Assembly (NCBI GenBank): GCA_024636785.1
Contig: JAGXGK010000025.1
Coordinates: 19,476-83,475 of the forward strand
Direction: 5' to 3'
From: Gammaproteobacteria bacterium
GTDB taxonomy: Bacteria > Pseudomonadota > Gammaproteobacteria > SZUA-229
DNA length: 64,000 nucleotides
How positions within the stretch are numbered: position 1 is the stretch's first letter; every line of letters begins with the position of its first letter. Of this stretch, positions 31,252 through 39,982 are shown in pieces. The notes below the pieces were generated by a model. It was not told the origin of the DNA. It saw only the letters and a program-made list of their open reading frames with translations, and did no database searches. The position numbers were made by a program, and so were the translations under genes.

Positions 31252-31490
31252 ATGCTTAAACCTAAATCCGTGGCTTAACCGAGGCGTCTGGCACAAGCCC
31301 CTGGCTCCACAGCGGATCAAAAAATGCCCGCTTAACCTAAGGGTGAAGCTAAGATTTTTTGAAACCCCTGTGAAACCAATATCTTGCACCATGCATCTAC
31401 GTTTAAATCACGGATTCAGCTTTAAAGAAATCTGTTTTCACACTTTTATGATACCCTTTTCAAATTATTCCACTTTGAGCTTAGATAAGT

Positions 31491-32342
31491 ATGAAGTTAT
31501 TTCTGGTTTTCAGCTTTTTACTGAATTTATTGTTCTTTCACCTTTCTGCTTATGCAACTGCACCGCTGGAGAAAGAAATTCCCATCCAAAAACGGGCGGA
31601 TGCAGCAGCAAGCTTTGACTACGATAGCGCCCTTAGAATTAGTCGAGAGGCTATTGATAACCAATTAGGGGAATATGCATTTACCAATGCCGAAGGTCAG
31701 GCAGTTGCAATGAGTGATTTCGCGGGCAAGCCGCTGGTCTTAAGCATGGTTTTTACCAGCTGTTATCAGATCTGTCCGATGACAGCCCGGCATCTGTCCA
31801 AGGTGGTGGAAAAGGCACGTGACGCCCTGGGCAAGGACAATTTTGCTGTCGCCATTGTCGGTTTTGACACTCCCGTTGATACGCCCGAAGCCATGCAGTA
31901 TTTTGCCAACAAGCAGGGCGTTCATAACAAGGATTGGCACTTATTGAGTATTTCCGCTGATGATGTAAAAGCCCTGTCGAAGGATACTGGCTTTATATAT
32001 TTTCCTTCGGCCAGTGGATTTGATCATCTGATTCAGACCACCATCATTGATGCAGAGGGAAAAGTTTATCGGCAGGTGTATGGTCAGGTATTTGATACGC
32101 CCATGTTAATTGAGCCACTGAAGGAGTTGATATTAGGTCGGCCACAGCCGGATCAGACTTTTCTTTCTGATCTTTCTAACAAGGTCAGGTTTTTCTGTAC
32201 CACCTATGATCCGGTTCGTGATAATTATTATTTTGACTATTCGTTGTTTCTGGGTATTCTAATAGGTGGCTCAATTATTTTGTTCACATTTGTGGTTATA
32301 TTCAGAGAGTGGCGTAAAGGTAATCAACGCTCTCATACTTGA
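31491..32342 (+). CDS. SCO/SenC family copper chaperone (copy 2) with C-terminal TM anchor
   Basis: Signal peptide, thioredoxin-fold FTSCYQICP (CxxxC), His in GFDHLIQT and C-terminal TM helix LFLGILIGGSIILFTFVVIF. Confidence 0.8.
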   Translation: MKLFLVFSFLLNLLFFHLSAYATAPLEKEIPIQKRADAAASFDYDSALRISREAIDNQLGEYAFTNAEGQAVAMSDFAGKPLVLSMVFTSCYQICPMTARHLSKVVEKARDALGKDNFAVAIVGFDTPVDTPEAMQYFANKQGVHNKDWHLLSISADDVKALSKDTGFIYFPSASGFDHLIQTTIIDAEGKVYRQVYGQVFDTPMLIEPLKELILGRPQPDQTFLSDLSNKVRFFCTTYDPVRDNYYFDYSLFLGILIGGSIILFTFVVIFREWRKGNQRSHT

Positions 32343-32413
32343 TATGTATCATTAGAGACTAATATAGCAAAGTGCTAAAATTCATCCGTCCATTCATTTG
32401 AGAGAAAAATTCT

Positions 32414-33976
32414 GTGTTGATCAATCCTATGAAGAGAGCCTATCTGGCTCTGGAATCCTGGTTCAATATTTCTTTTGGCACACATTGGAATCCAATGTAC
32501 CATCTGGGCACATTGACATTTTTTTTGTTCTGGATCATTCTGGTTACGGGTCTTTATCTGTTTGGGTTTTTTCATGGCAGTATCGATGGCGCTTATGACT
32601 CTGTCGAATATATCACTCACGATCAGTGGTATGCGGCAGGTGTGATGCGAAGCCTGCATCGTTACGCTTCCGATGCGGCGATTATTACCATTCTGCTGCA
32701 CCTGTTCAAAGAGCTGGCCTCGGGCCGTTATCACGGTGCCCGCTGGTTTTCCTGGGTATCAGGCTTGCCAACACTCTGGCTGGTAGTGACACTGGGTATA
32801 ACGGGCTACTGGCTGGTATGGGACGAACTGGGGCAATACGTGGCCATTGGTTCTGCTAGGCTGCTGGACTCCCTGCCCATATTTTCCGGTTCCATGGCCA
32901 GCAACTTCCTGCAAGGGCAGATGACAGATCGCTTCTTTATTCTTATAGAATTTTTGCATCTACTGGGTCAGCCGCTAATACTGTTTTTTCTGTTATGGCT
33001 GCACGTCAAACGACTTTCGAACGTCAATATAAATCCACCACGCGGTCTGGCTATAGGTTGTTTTTTAGCCCTGCTGGCATTGTCATTTATCAAGCCTGCG
33101 GTGAGTCATGCCCCGGCTAATTTGAGTTCAATGCCAACAGTGCTGGAGCTCGACTGGTTCTACCTGAACGCCTATCCATTGATGGATTACTGGTCAGAAG
33201 GTAAAACATGGTTGTTGGCAACCGCCATCACAGTTATATTGATGCTGCTGCCATTGCTACCGACAAAGAAAGCTGTCCCCGCTGCGGTGGTTGATCTCGC
33301 GCACTGCAATGGTTGCGAATTGTGTTTTGATGACTGCCCCTTTGAAGCAATCTCAGTGCAGGCGCGTACTGACGGCAGAAAATTTGAAAAGGAAGTTGTT
33401 GTCGATCCCTCCCTATGTGCATCCTGTGGAATTTGTATGGGCTCGTGTCCCTCCTCAAATCCATTTAGACAGTCCAATGAAGAGCTTAAAACGGGTATTG
33501 ATATGCCGTCGTTGCCGGTCGACAAAGTGCGTACCTTGACCGAACAGGCGGTAACATCAATGACCGGTTCCGCCAATGTTCTTCTGATCGGCTGTGAGCA
33601 CGGGTTTAATGTCAAGCAGCTTGATAATAATGAAACCGGAAGTGTGAAGTTAATTTGTAGCGGTATGATTCCACCCTCACTGATTGAATATGCATTAAAG
33701 AAAGGCGCAGACGGTGTGATGATTGTAGGTTGTCGCCACAATGACTGCTTCTATCGTTTTGGCAATCTCTGGATAGACAAGCGATTTTCCGGTGAACGCA
33801 AGCCGATACTCAGGAGCCGTGCAGATCGGCGTCGTATTAAAGTATTTGGCGGCGCTGAAACGGATAAAAAACTAATTGAAAAAGAACTGGAAGTTTTTCG
33901 CCATGAATTACTGGCGATAACCGAGCAAACTGATCTGCCTGAACAGGCTGAAATTAAAGAGTCTCCAGATGTTTAA
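32414..33976 (+). CDS. fusion protein: dihaem cytochrome b N-domain + 2x[4Fe-4S] ferredoxin + MvhD/FlpD-like domain
   Basis: Haem b His pairs are SLHRYASDAAIITILLH (H-x13-H) and FLHLLGQPLILFFLLWLH (H-x14-H). Fe-S motifs are CNGCELCFDDCP and CASCGICMGSCP. The MvhD-like block is KLICSGMIPPSLIEYALKKGADGVMIVGCRHNDCFY. Confidence 0.8.
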   Translation: MLINPMKRAYLALESWFNISFGTHWNPMYHLGTLTFFLFWIILVTGLYLFGFFHGSIDGAYDSVEYITHDQWYAAGVMRSLHRYASDAAIITILLHLFKELASGRYHGARWFSWVSGLPTLWLVVTLGITGYWLVWDELGQYVAIGSARLLDSLPIFSGSMASNFLQGQMTDRFFILIEFLHLLGQPLILFFLLWLHVKRLSNVNINPPRGLAIGCFLALLALSFIKPAVSHAPANLSSMPTVLELDWFYLNAYPLMDYWSEGKTWLLATAITVILMLLPLLPTKKAVPAAVVDLAHCNGCELCFDDCPFEAISVQARTDGRKFEKEVVVDPSLCASCGICMGSCPSSNPFRQSNEELKTGIDMPSLPVDKVRTLTEQAVTSMTGSANVLLIGCEHGFNVKQLDNNETGSVKLICSGMIPPSLIEYALKKGADGVMIVGCRHNDCFYRFGNLWIDKRFSGERKPILRSRADRRRIKVFGGAETDKKLIEKELEVFRHELLAITEQTDLPEQAEIKESPDV

Positions 33977-34481
33977 TTCACAAAATAAATTTGTCAGGTA
34001 TGCTTTACAGGCGATTAATTATGCCGTTTTTATCGCGATAGTTGGCTACTTCTCAACCTCACCTTCGTATCGGCAGTTAGCTGATGATGAAGCAATCATC
34101 ACTATTTCTATTAGCCATGCGGGTGAGTTAAAAGAGCTGTGTCAGAGGCGTAGCCAGGAAGAATTGATGGCATTACCACCTAACATGAGAGCACCTATGG
34201 AATGCTCACGGGAACGCTCACCGGTCATTATCGAGGTACTGCTTGATGGGCAGCCGATGTATTCACATAAGGCTGAAGCACCGGGACTCTACAATGATAG
34301 CGGTATTGATATTTACCATACTTTAAAGGTGTCTGCAGGCAGCCATCATCTCGCTCTCAAGATGGATGACAGCGTGCTTAAGGAGGGCTTCACCCATCAT
34401 TTCAGCCAGGATGTGGAGATTGCACCAGCTGAGATATTGTTGATTGGTTTTGAATCCGGCCGGGGTTTTGTTATCAGATAA
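33969..34481 (+). CDS. hypothetical single-TM protein co-transcribed with the cyt b-FeS fusion
   Basis: 8-nt overlap with the upstream gene. N-terminal TM helix INYAVFIAIVGYF. No family recognised. Confidence 0.55.
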   Translation: MFNSQNKFVRYALQAINYAVFIAIVGYFSTSPSYRQLADDEAIITISISHAGELKELCQRRSQEELMALPPNMRAPMECSRERSPVIIEVLLDGQPMYSHKAEAPGLYNDSGIDIYHTLKVSAGSHHLALKMDDSVLKEGFTHHFSQDVEIAPAEILLIGFESGRGFVIR

Positions 34482-34512
34482 ATCGTGTGTTATAAATCCT
34501 GATAACAGTCTT

Positions 34513-34696
34513 AGGGATCCGGAACATACTAATATACCATCACGAATCCCGTCTTCAGGCCATCTTTGGCCGCGCCTCAATCGCAAAATCCTCGCCCTAG
34601 TAGCCCTGCTACGCCTACGATTTTGTTCAATTGGCGCGACCAAATATGACCTAAATTCGGGCGCGATCCAGGTACATTAGTATGTTCTGGGTCCCT
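34513..34696. mobile_element. 184-bp palindromic MITE-like element
   Basis: 25-bp terminal inverted repeats AGGGATCCGGAACATACTAATATAC / GTACATTAGTATGTTCTGGGTCCCT match at 22/25. The interior is also self-complementary (GGCCGCGCCTCAATCGCAAAATC vs GATTTTGTTCAATTGGCGCGACC). No coding capacity. Confidence 0.7.
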
Positions 34697-34878
34697 TATT
34701 TAGTGGCCAGATATTGAATTAAATTAAATGAACTCACGGCCAGAACAAAAATAATAGCAAAGAACACCAGATCCCGATGTTTGAACTGTTTTCCTCGAGC
34801 CTGTTCAACGCGGGTAAGAATCCAGCTTGATCCAAAGTAGAGCACTAAGCCTGCTGTTGTAAAATAAACAAATTCCAT
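34696..34878 (-). CDS. possible small membrane protein
   Basis: 60 aa with two hydrophobic helices. Weak support. Confidence 0.3.
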   Translation of the reverse strand: MEFVYFTTAGLVLYFGSSWILTRVEQARGKQFKHRDLVFFAIIFVLAVSSFNLIQYLATK

Positions 34879-34951
34879 AATTAAAAACTCTCGTCTTATT
34901 TAAATGATTCATCCAGGAGCCGCATGCTCGTCTGGAAATTTTGTTTGAGTT

Positions 34952-35392
34952 TTATAGCTGTTGCGGATACATATGGAAAACGAACAGATATATCACGACC
35001 CCGGTAATCGAAACATACAACCAGACAGGTAAGGTCCAGCGCGCTATGCGAGGATGTTGTTTGATGTTGCCCCGTAATGCAAGTGTCGCGGTGGTAATAA
35101 CCAGAGGTACGAGTAGCATGGCGAGAATGACATGCGTACTGAGAATTGTAAAATAAACAGGCCTTATTATTCCCGTTCCGGCGAATGGGTGGAAGCCAAC
35201 ATTAATATGATATATGGAATAGGACAGTAAAAAAATGGCAGAAGTAATCAGGGTTGCAGTCATGCATATCTGGTGGGCACGGAGGTTCTTCTTTTTTATA
35301 TGATAAAAGCCGCTCAATAGCAAAATGGCTGCCAGCGCATTTAATAATGCCTGCACGTGCGGAAGATAAGGGATTAATGTTTCGATAGTCAC
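34952..35392 (-). CDS. DUF420 membrane protein (CtaM-like oxidase assembly factor family)
   Basis: 146 aa with four TM helices. HIKKKNLRAHQ and HPRIARWTLPVWLYVS blocks are typical of DUF420. Confidence 0.7.
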   Translation of the reverse strand: MTIETLIPYLPHVQALLNALAAILLLSGFYHIKKKNLRAHQICMTATLITSAIFLLSYSIYHINVGFHPFAGTGIIRPVYFTILSTHVILAMLLVPLVITTATLALRGNIKQHPRIARWTLPVWLYVSITGVVIYLFVFHMYPQQL

Positions 35393-35571
35393 GATAGATT
35401 ATGCAATGCCGGTTATCATTAAAATTTATAGTTGGTTTCAAGGGGATGTTATTAGTTTTTGATTATACCTGCTTTTTACAATGTAACCCTGATCATGGCA
35501 TAGACATAAACTGACAGTTTATTCGAACTTGAAAAAATGTAACTTATAACGAATAATAAAAACTAATCGGT

Positions 35572-36771
35572 TTAGCTATTGAAGCACACTCGGCGCGAAT
35601 AGGCGGTGAGTTGCAGGCGTTGCTGATCTTCATCTACCCCGATCTCATCATTGTCGAGATAACAACCGGGGTCTTCCGCCCAGAAATTATTGGTGAGCTG
35701 CCAGGCGCGTGTGCGCGTGTTCCCGCCGCAGATACTGCGATAAGCGCAGGGCGCGCAGCGGCCTTCGACCGGGCGCTCCTTGAGCTTGAGACCGGCCATT
35801 AGCGGGTCGCTTGTATCCATCCATATTTCCGAGAACGGACGTTCCTTGATATTACCGATGGTGTATTCCCACCACATGGTGTCCGGATGGACATTACCGA
35901 TGTTATCGATATTGGAGATGTTCACACCCGACGAATTTCCACCCCACTGCATTAACAGCTGTTCGAGGTGGTCGGCATGTTCGGGCATATTTTTTCTTGC
36001 CCACAGCAGCATGTAGGCACCATCGGCGTCATTGTTACCGGTGACAAATTCGCGTTGGCGTCCGGCTTTGATGTCGGCGAGGCAGGTTTCAAACATCAGG
36101 TCCATGGCATCGCGCGTCATCTGATGATGTAAATCATCGCGCCGGTTCTTGTTGCCGCGACCGGCGTAGTTGAGGTGCGACAGATAGAACTTGTCGATGC
36201 CTTCGTCGTCCATCAATTTGAGCAGAGCTGGGAAGTCCTGTTTGTTGTCCTGAGTCAGGGTGTAGCGCAGCCCTACTTTTATGCCCGCCTGATGACATAA
36301 ACGAATACCCTGCATGGCTTCATCGAAGGAGCCCTGTTTGCGTCTGAATTTATCGTGGGTTTCACGCATGCCGTCGATGCTGATGCCGACGTAGTTATAG
36401 CCCACGTCGACGATATCCTGAATGTTGTCTTCAGAGATCAGAGTGCCGTTAGTTGAAAGACCGACATAAAAACCCATATCCTTGGCATGGTGGGAAATTT
36501 CAAAAATGTCAGGGCGCATTAATGGTTCGCCACCCGAGAGGATGAGCACCGGTACACCGAAGGACTTGAGATCATCCATGACGCTGAACACTTTTTCGGT
36601 GTTTAATTCACCCGGAAAGTCTTTGTCCGCAGAGGTGGCGTAACAGTGTTTGCAGGTCAGGTTACAGCGTCTAATCAGATTCCAGATAACAACCGGGCCG
36701 GTGGGTTTGCGCGGGGCCGGGGTCTCAGTGGGACTAACCAGTTGTTGCATGTACTGTGAGATACGAAACAT
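35572..36771 (-). CDS. nirJ: heme d1 biosynthesis radical SAM protein NirJ
   Basis: CNLTCKHCY radical-SAM motif. 399 aa. Last gene of the nir biosynthesis operon. Confidence 0.9.
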   Translation of the reverse strand: MFRISQYMQQLVSPTETPAPRKPTGPVVIWNLIRRCNLTCKHCYATSADKDFPGELNTEKVFSVMDDLKSFGVPVLILSGGEPLMRPDIFEISHHAKDMGFYVGLSTNGTLISEDNIQDIVDVGYNYVGISIDGMRETHDKFRRKQGSFDEAMQGIRLCHQAGIKVGLRYTLTQDNKQDFPALLKLMDDEGIDKFYLSHLNYAGRGNKNRRDDLHHQMTRDAMDLMFETCLADIKAGRQREFVTGNNDADGAYMLLWARKNMPEHADHLEQLLMQWGGNSSGVNISNIDNIGNVHPDTMWWEYTIGNIKERPFSEIWMDTSDPLMAGLKLKERPVEGRCAPCAYRSICGGNTRTRAWQLTNNFWAEDPGCYLDNDEIGVDEDQQRLQLTAYSRRVCFNS

Positions 36772-36777
36772 TGTTTG

Positions 36778-37305
36778 TTATCCTTTGTCTTTCAGGCGTA
36801 AGCCGGTTTTTTTGAGTATGCGCGTGCTGAACAGTATATCGTGCTTGCGGGCCTTACTGCCCAATAAATCCGCGATCTGTGACACTTTCTGCAGCACCTC
36901 GTCACGGTCGTGACCGTGCACCATGGCGAATAAATTGTATGTCCATTCGGGTGGGAAACGCGGGCGCTGGTAGCAGTGGGTGACCATATCGAGCTGCCCC
37001 AGCTGTTCGCCAGCCTCATCAATAAAGGTGTCATCCACATCCCATACCGACATGCCATTGGCGGTATAGCCCAGTTTGTAATGATTGGGGACAACACCGA
37101 TGCGGCGAATGCGGTGATCAGCTTTCATGGTCTCCAGTCTGTCCATGAGCAACTGCGTATTAATGCCCAGCTGTTCGGCGATGATGCGATAGGGCTCAGC
37201 CACCACCGGTAGGCCGGACTGTGTGGCCAGCACAATGCGACGGTCAAGCTCTGCAAGTTGCCGTTCATCCTTCTTCAGTGGATTGTGTTTTACCGTCTGG
37301 CTCAT
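36778..37305 (-). CDS. nirH: siroheme decarboxylase subunit NirH (AsnC-like)
   Basis: Internal start MSQTVKHNPL. LDRRIVLATQSGLPVVAEPY with a C-terminal NirD/G/H/L-type domain. The upstream extension overlaps nirG. Confidence 0.8.
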   Translation of the reverse strand: MSQTVKHNPLKKDERQLAELDRRIVLATQSGLPVVAEPYRIIAEQLGINTQLLMDRLETMKADHRIRRIGVVPNHYKLGYTANGMSVWDVDDTFIDEAGEQLGQLDMVTHCYQRPRFPPEWTYNLFAMVHGHDRDEVLQKVSQIADLLGSKARKHDILFSTRILKKTGLRLKDKG

Positions 37306-37321
37306 CTCAGTCACCCTGTCT

Positions 37322-37768
37322 TCAGGCTTTGAAGTGCAGGCCGACAAAGAATTCCTTTTGCTTGGGCATGTTGTAGACGGGAATGCCGGTGTGGTCTGCA
37401 ACGGCAGCGAGTGTGTTTTCAAGTTCCTGCTGGGTTTCAGTCGCGAGCACGAACCACATATTCATCTCATGATCGCGCTGGTAATTATGGGCGACCTCGG
37501 CAAAAGCGTTGACCTGTGCGGTGACCTCATCGAAGCGCTCTTCAGGCACCTTCATGGCGCACAGGCTGAGCGCGCCACCCATATTCACCGCGTTGTACAT
37601 CGGGCCAAAGCGGGTCAGCAGGCCGCTGTCCAGCATCGTTTGTACGCGGGCTATCAGCTCATCTTCAGTGCTGTGCAGGGTTTCAGCCAGTACCGCAAAA
37701 GGGCGATCACAGACGGGAAAATCGTGCTGTAGCGTGTTGATAATATTTCTGTCCAGCGCGTCCATCAT
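37322..37768 (-). CDS. nirG: siroheme decarboxylase subunit NirG
   Basis: 148 aa (LDRNIINTLQHDFPVCDRPF), a paralogue of the neighbouring subunits. Confidence 0.8.
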   Translation of the reverse strand: MMDALDRNIINTLQHDFPVCDRPFAVLAETLHSTEDELIARVQTMLDSGLLTRFGPMYNAVNMGGALSLCAMKVPEERFDEVTAQVNAFAEVAHNYQRDHEMNMWFVLATETQQELENTLAAVADHTGIPVYNMPKQKEFFVGLHFKA

Positions 37769-38781
37769 CAGTGCCGGAGTTGCGGCTGGTTGTTACGGTA
37801 AATCGCGCCACGCTGTTTGAAGCGTCGACCACTGAAGAGCACGGTGTGCGGGATGTTTTCCAGGGCCAGGCCTTCGATCATAGTGTCGATGCATTCGAGC
37901 ACCTCTTCGCGGTCACGGCCATGCACCATGCAGAACAGGTTGTAGCGCCACGCGGGCAGCATGCGCGGGCGTTGATAGCAGAGGGTGACGCAATCCTGCC
38001 TGCCCAGTTTTTCGCCAAGGCTATCTACTTCATCGTCAGGCACATCCCAAACCACCATGGCGTTGGCGCGATAACCGAGTTCATGGTGACGCACCACGAT
38101 ACCGAGGCGTTTGATCACGCCGCCGTTGATCATGGTTTGCAGTTTTTCAATTACTAGCTGCTCCGACCAGCCCAGACGCTCGGCAATTTCCTGATAGGGG
38201 CGGGCCACCAGTGGCAGGCCGCGCTGGATGACTTCGATTAAATCCTCGGCACTGGCGAGCTGTGTTTCAACGGCCGGAATAGCGGATGCTGCATTTGACG
38301 AGGCGGCTTTAATTTCGTCGACATCATCCCGGTCTTCCAGATTCATGCGAAAGCCGAGGTCGATGTGGTATTCCTTGAGCAGCGGCAGCGACAGCACTTT
38401 GTAGCCGGTTTGTTGTTCAATATCAACCAGAGTGTGTTGTAAGGTATCTTTGTTTTCAGCCGTGGCCACAAACCATAGATTGAAGTCATGCTCGCGCTCA
38501 TAATTATGATTCACCTGCTGATAGGCGCTTACCTGTGCGGCCACCTGCACAAGCTTGTCGGCGGGTACCGCCATGGCGGCGAGGGTGCTGACACCGACTG
38601 TGTTCGGGCTGAATACCGGACCCACGCGGCTGACCGCGCCTCTGGCCTGCAGCTCTTTCAGTTTTTCGATAACCACTTCGGTCGTGGTGTTCAACGCCAG
38701 CGCAATCTGCTCAAACGGCAGGGGGTTCAACGGAAAATTACGTTGAAAGTCGTTGAGCAGTTTTTCGGTCAGGTCTTCCAC
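37768..38781 (-). CDS. nirDL: fused siroheme decarboxylase NirD-NirL
   Basis: 337 aa containing two tandem AsnC-like/NirDGHL modules (LLNDFQRNFPLNPLPF... and VIQRGLPLVARPY...). Confidence 0.8.
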   Translation of the reverse strand: MEDLTEKLLNDFQRNFPLNPLPFEQIALALNTTTEVVIEKLKELQARGAVSRVGPVFSPNTVGVSTLAAMAVPADKLVQVAAQVSAYQQVNHNYEREHDFNLWFVATAENKDTLQHTLVDIEQQTGYKVLSLPLLKEYHIDLGFRMNLEDRDDVDEIKAASSNAASAIPAVETQLASAEDLIEVIQRGLPLVARPYQEIAERLGWSEQLVIEKLQTMINGGVIKRLGIVVRHHELGYRANAMVVWDVPDDEVDSLGEKLGRQDCVTLCYQRPRMLPAWRYNLFCMVHGRDREEVLECIDTMIEGLALENIPHTVLFSGRRFKQRGAIYRNNQPQLRH

Positions 38782-38809
38782 GATAGTGATCTCTGTTTAA
38801 ATTGACTGT

Positions 38810-39982
38810 TTAAAGGCCGGTTTTGTGCGCGCGCACGGTGGCAAAAATGCCGCTGGGTTTGTTGGCCGGCAAGCGCACGCGTTCTTCAAAGCTTTCAGTG
38901 TCATAAACCACCAGCTGGTCGTCATCACGAATCGATGCCCATAGCTCTTCACCGCGAGGTTCAAACTCCATGTGCAGCACGCCCTTGCCGGGCTGTAATT
39001 TTTTGATGATCTTCAGCGACTGTGTATCAATCACTTGCAGGGTGTCGTTGTTCGGTATGGCAAAGTTGACCCAGACGTGGCGGCCATCAGGGCGGGCCAT
39101 GACAAAAATCGGCTGGCCGTGTACTTTAATGCGACCGGCTTCGGACCAGTTCCGGGTGTCGATCACCAGCACTTCGTGGCGACCCACGGCAGGTACAAAT
39201 GCATACTGTCCAGCCATCGCCCAGCCTTCCAGATGGGGCATTTTATAAACCGGCAGCTTCTGCTCGCCTTTACCGTAGTGGTCCAGTATACGTTTCACCC
39301 CGGCATCGAGATTCCATAGATCAAGGAGCGCCATGCCGTCTTCTCCAAACAGGCCGGCAATGTAATAACGGCCATCGGGTGAAATCAGCGCATCGTAGGG
39401 ATTGCGGCCGATGTCCTTGAATTTCTGAATCGAGGGTTTGTCTGGCCGGGACATATCGGCCACCCAGATTTCATCCGCATCCCACAGGCTGAAAACAAAC
39501 TTCTGCCCGGGGGCATCAACCAGGCCGATGACTTTTGAAGTCTGTTTCGTATCGCCATAGCTTGCCGGAATATCGGCCACCAGTGCCAGTGTTGCGGCAT
39601 CAAATATCTTCACGCCACCGGGCTCGTAATTGGAAACTGCCACCAGCGAGCCGTCCTGGGAGATGGCACCGCCGATGCTGTTACCCGCCTGCATAATGCG
39701 CTTGACGATTTTTCGCGTCAGCATATCCACCTTGGTGAGGCCGCCATCACGGCCAAAAATGTAGGCGTAACGCTCGTCGCGGGAATAGACCGCCGAGGCG
39801 TGCGACAGATCGCCCAGACCTTCAATGCGACCCAGGCTGGAGTTGCCGGTGGTTTCGATAATCTGAATACTGCCGCTGGCGCGTTCGATCACCAGGGCAA
39901 GATCACCGGTGCCGCGTAAATCCGCTGCATGCACCGGGATAAGCAAGACCAGTAAGAGTGAAAAGAGGGTGGTGCGGATCAT
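38810..39982 (-). CDS. nirF: NirF, cd1-like beta-propeller heme d1 biosynthesis protein
   Basis: Internal start MIRTTLFSLLLVLLIPVHA (signal). GTGDLALVIERASGS and a propeller body with no haem c motif. ATGA overlap with the nirC stop. Confidence 0.85.
   Translation of the reverse strand: MIRTTLFSLLLVLLIPVHAADLRGTGDLALVIERASGSIQIIETTGNSSLGRIEGLGDLSHASAVYSRDERYAYIFGRDGGLTKVDMLTRKIVKRIMQAGNSIGGAISQDGSLVAVSNYEPGGVKIFDAATLALVADIPASYGDTKQTSKVIGLVDAPGQKFVFSLWDADEIWVADMSRPDKPSIQKFKDIGRNPYDALISPDGRYYIAGLFGEDGMALLDLWNLDAGVKRILDHYGKGEQKLPVYKMPHLEGWAMAGQYAFVPAVGRHEVLVIDTRNWSEAGRIKVHGQPIFVMARPDGRHVWVNFAIPNNDTLQVIDTQSLKIIKKLQPGKGVLHMEFEPRGEELWASIRDDDQLVVYDTESFEERVRLPANKPSGIFATVRAHKTGL

Noticed and set aside
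31343-31618. 91-aa ORF overlapping the start of SCO copy 2, plus nearby short direct/inverted repeats (GCTTAAACCTAA / GCTTAACCTAAG; AAATCCGTG / CACGGATT).
   Set aside because: The ORF is out of frame with the well-supported SCO gene and has no motifs. The repeats are short and could be chance. They are noted only as possible promoter-region structure.
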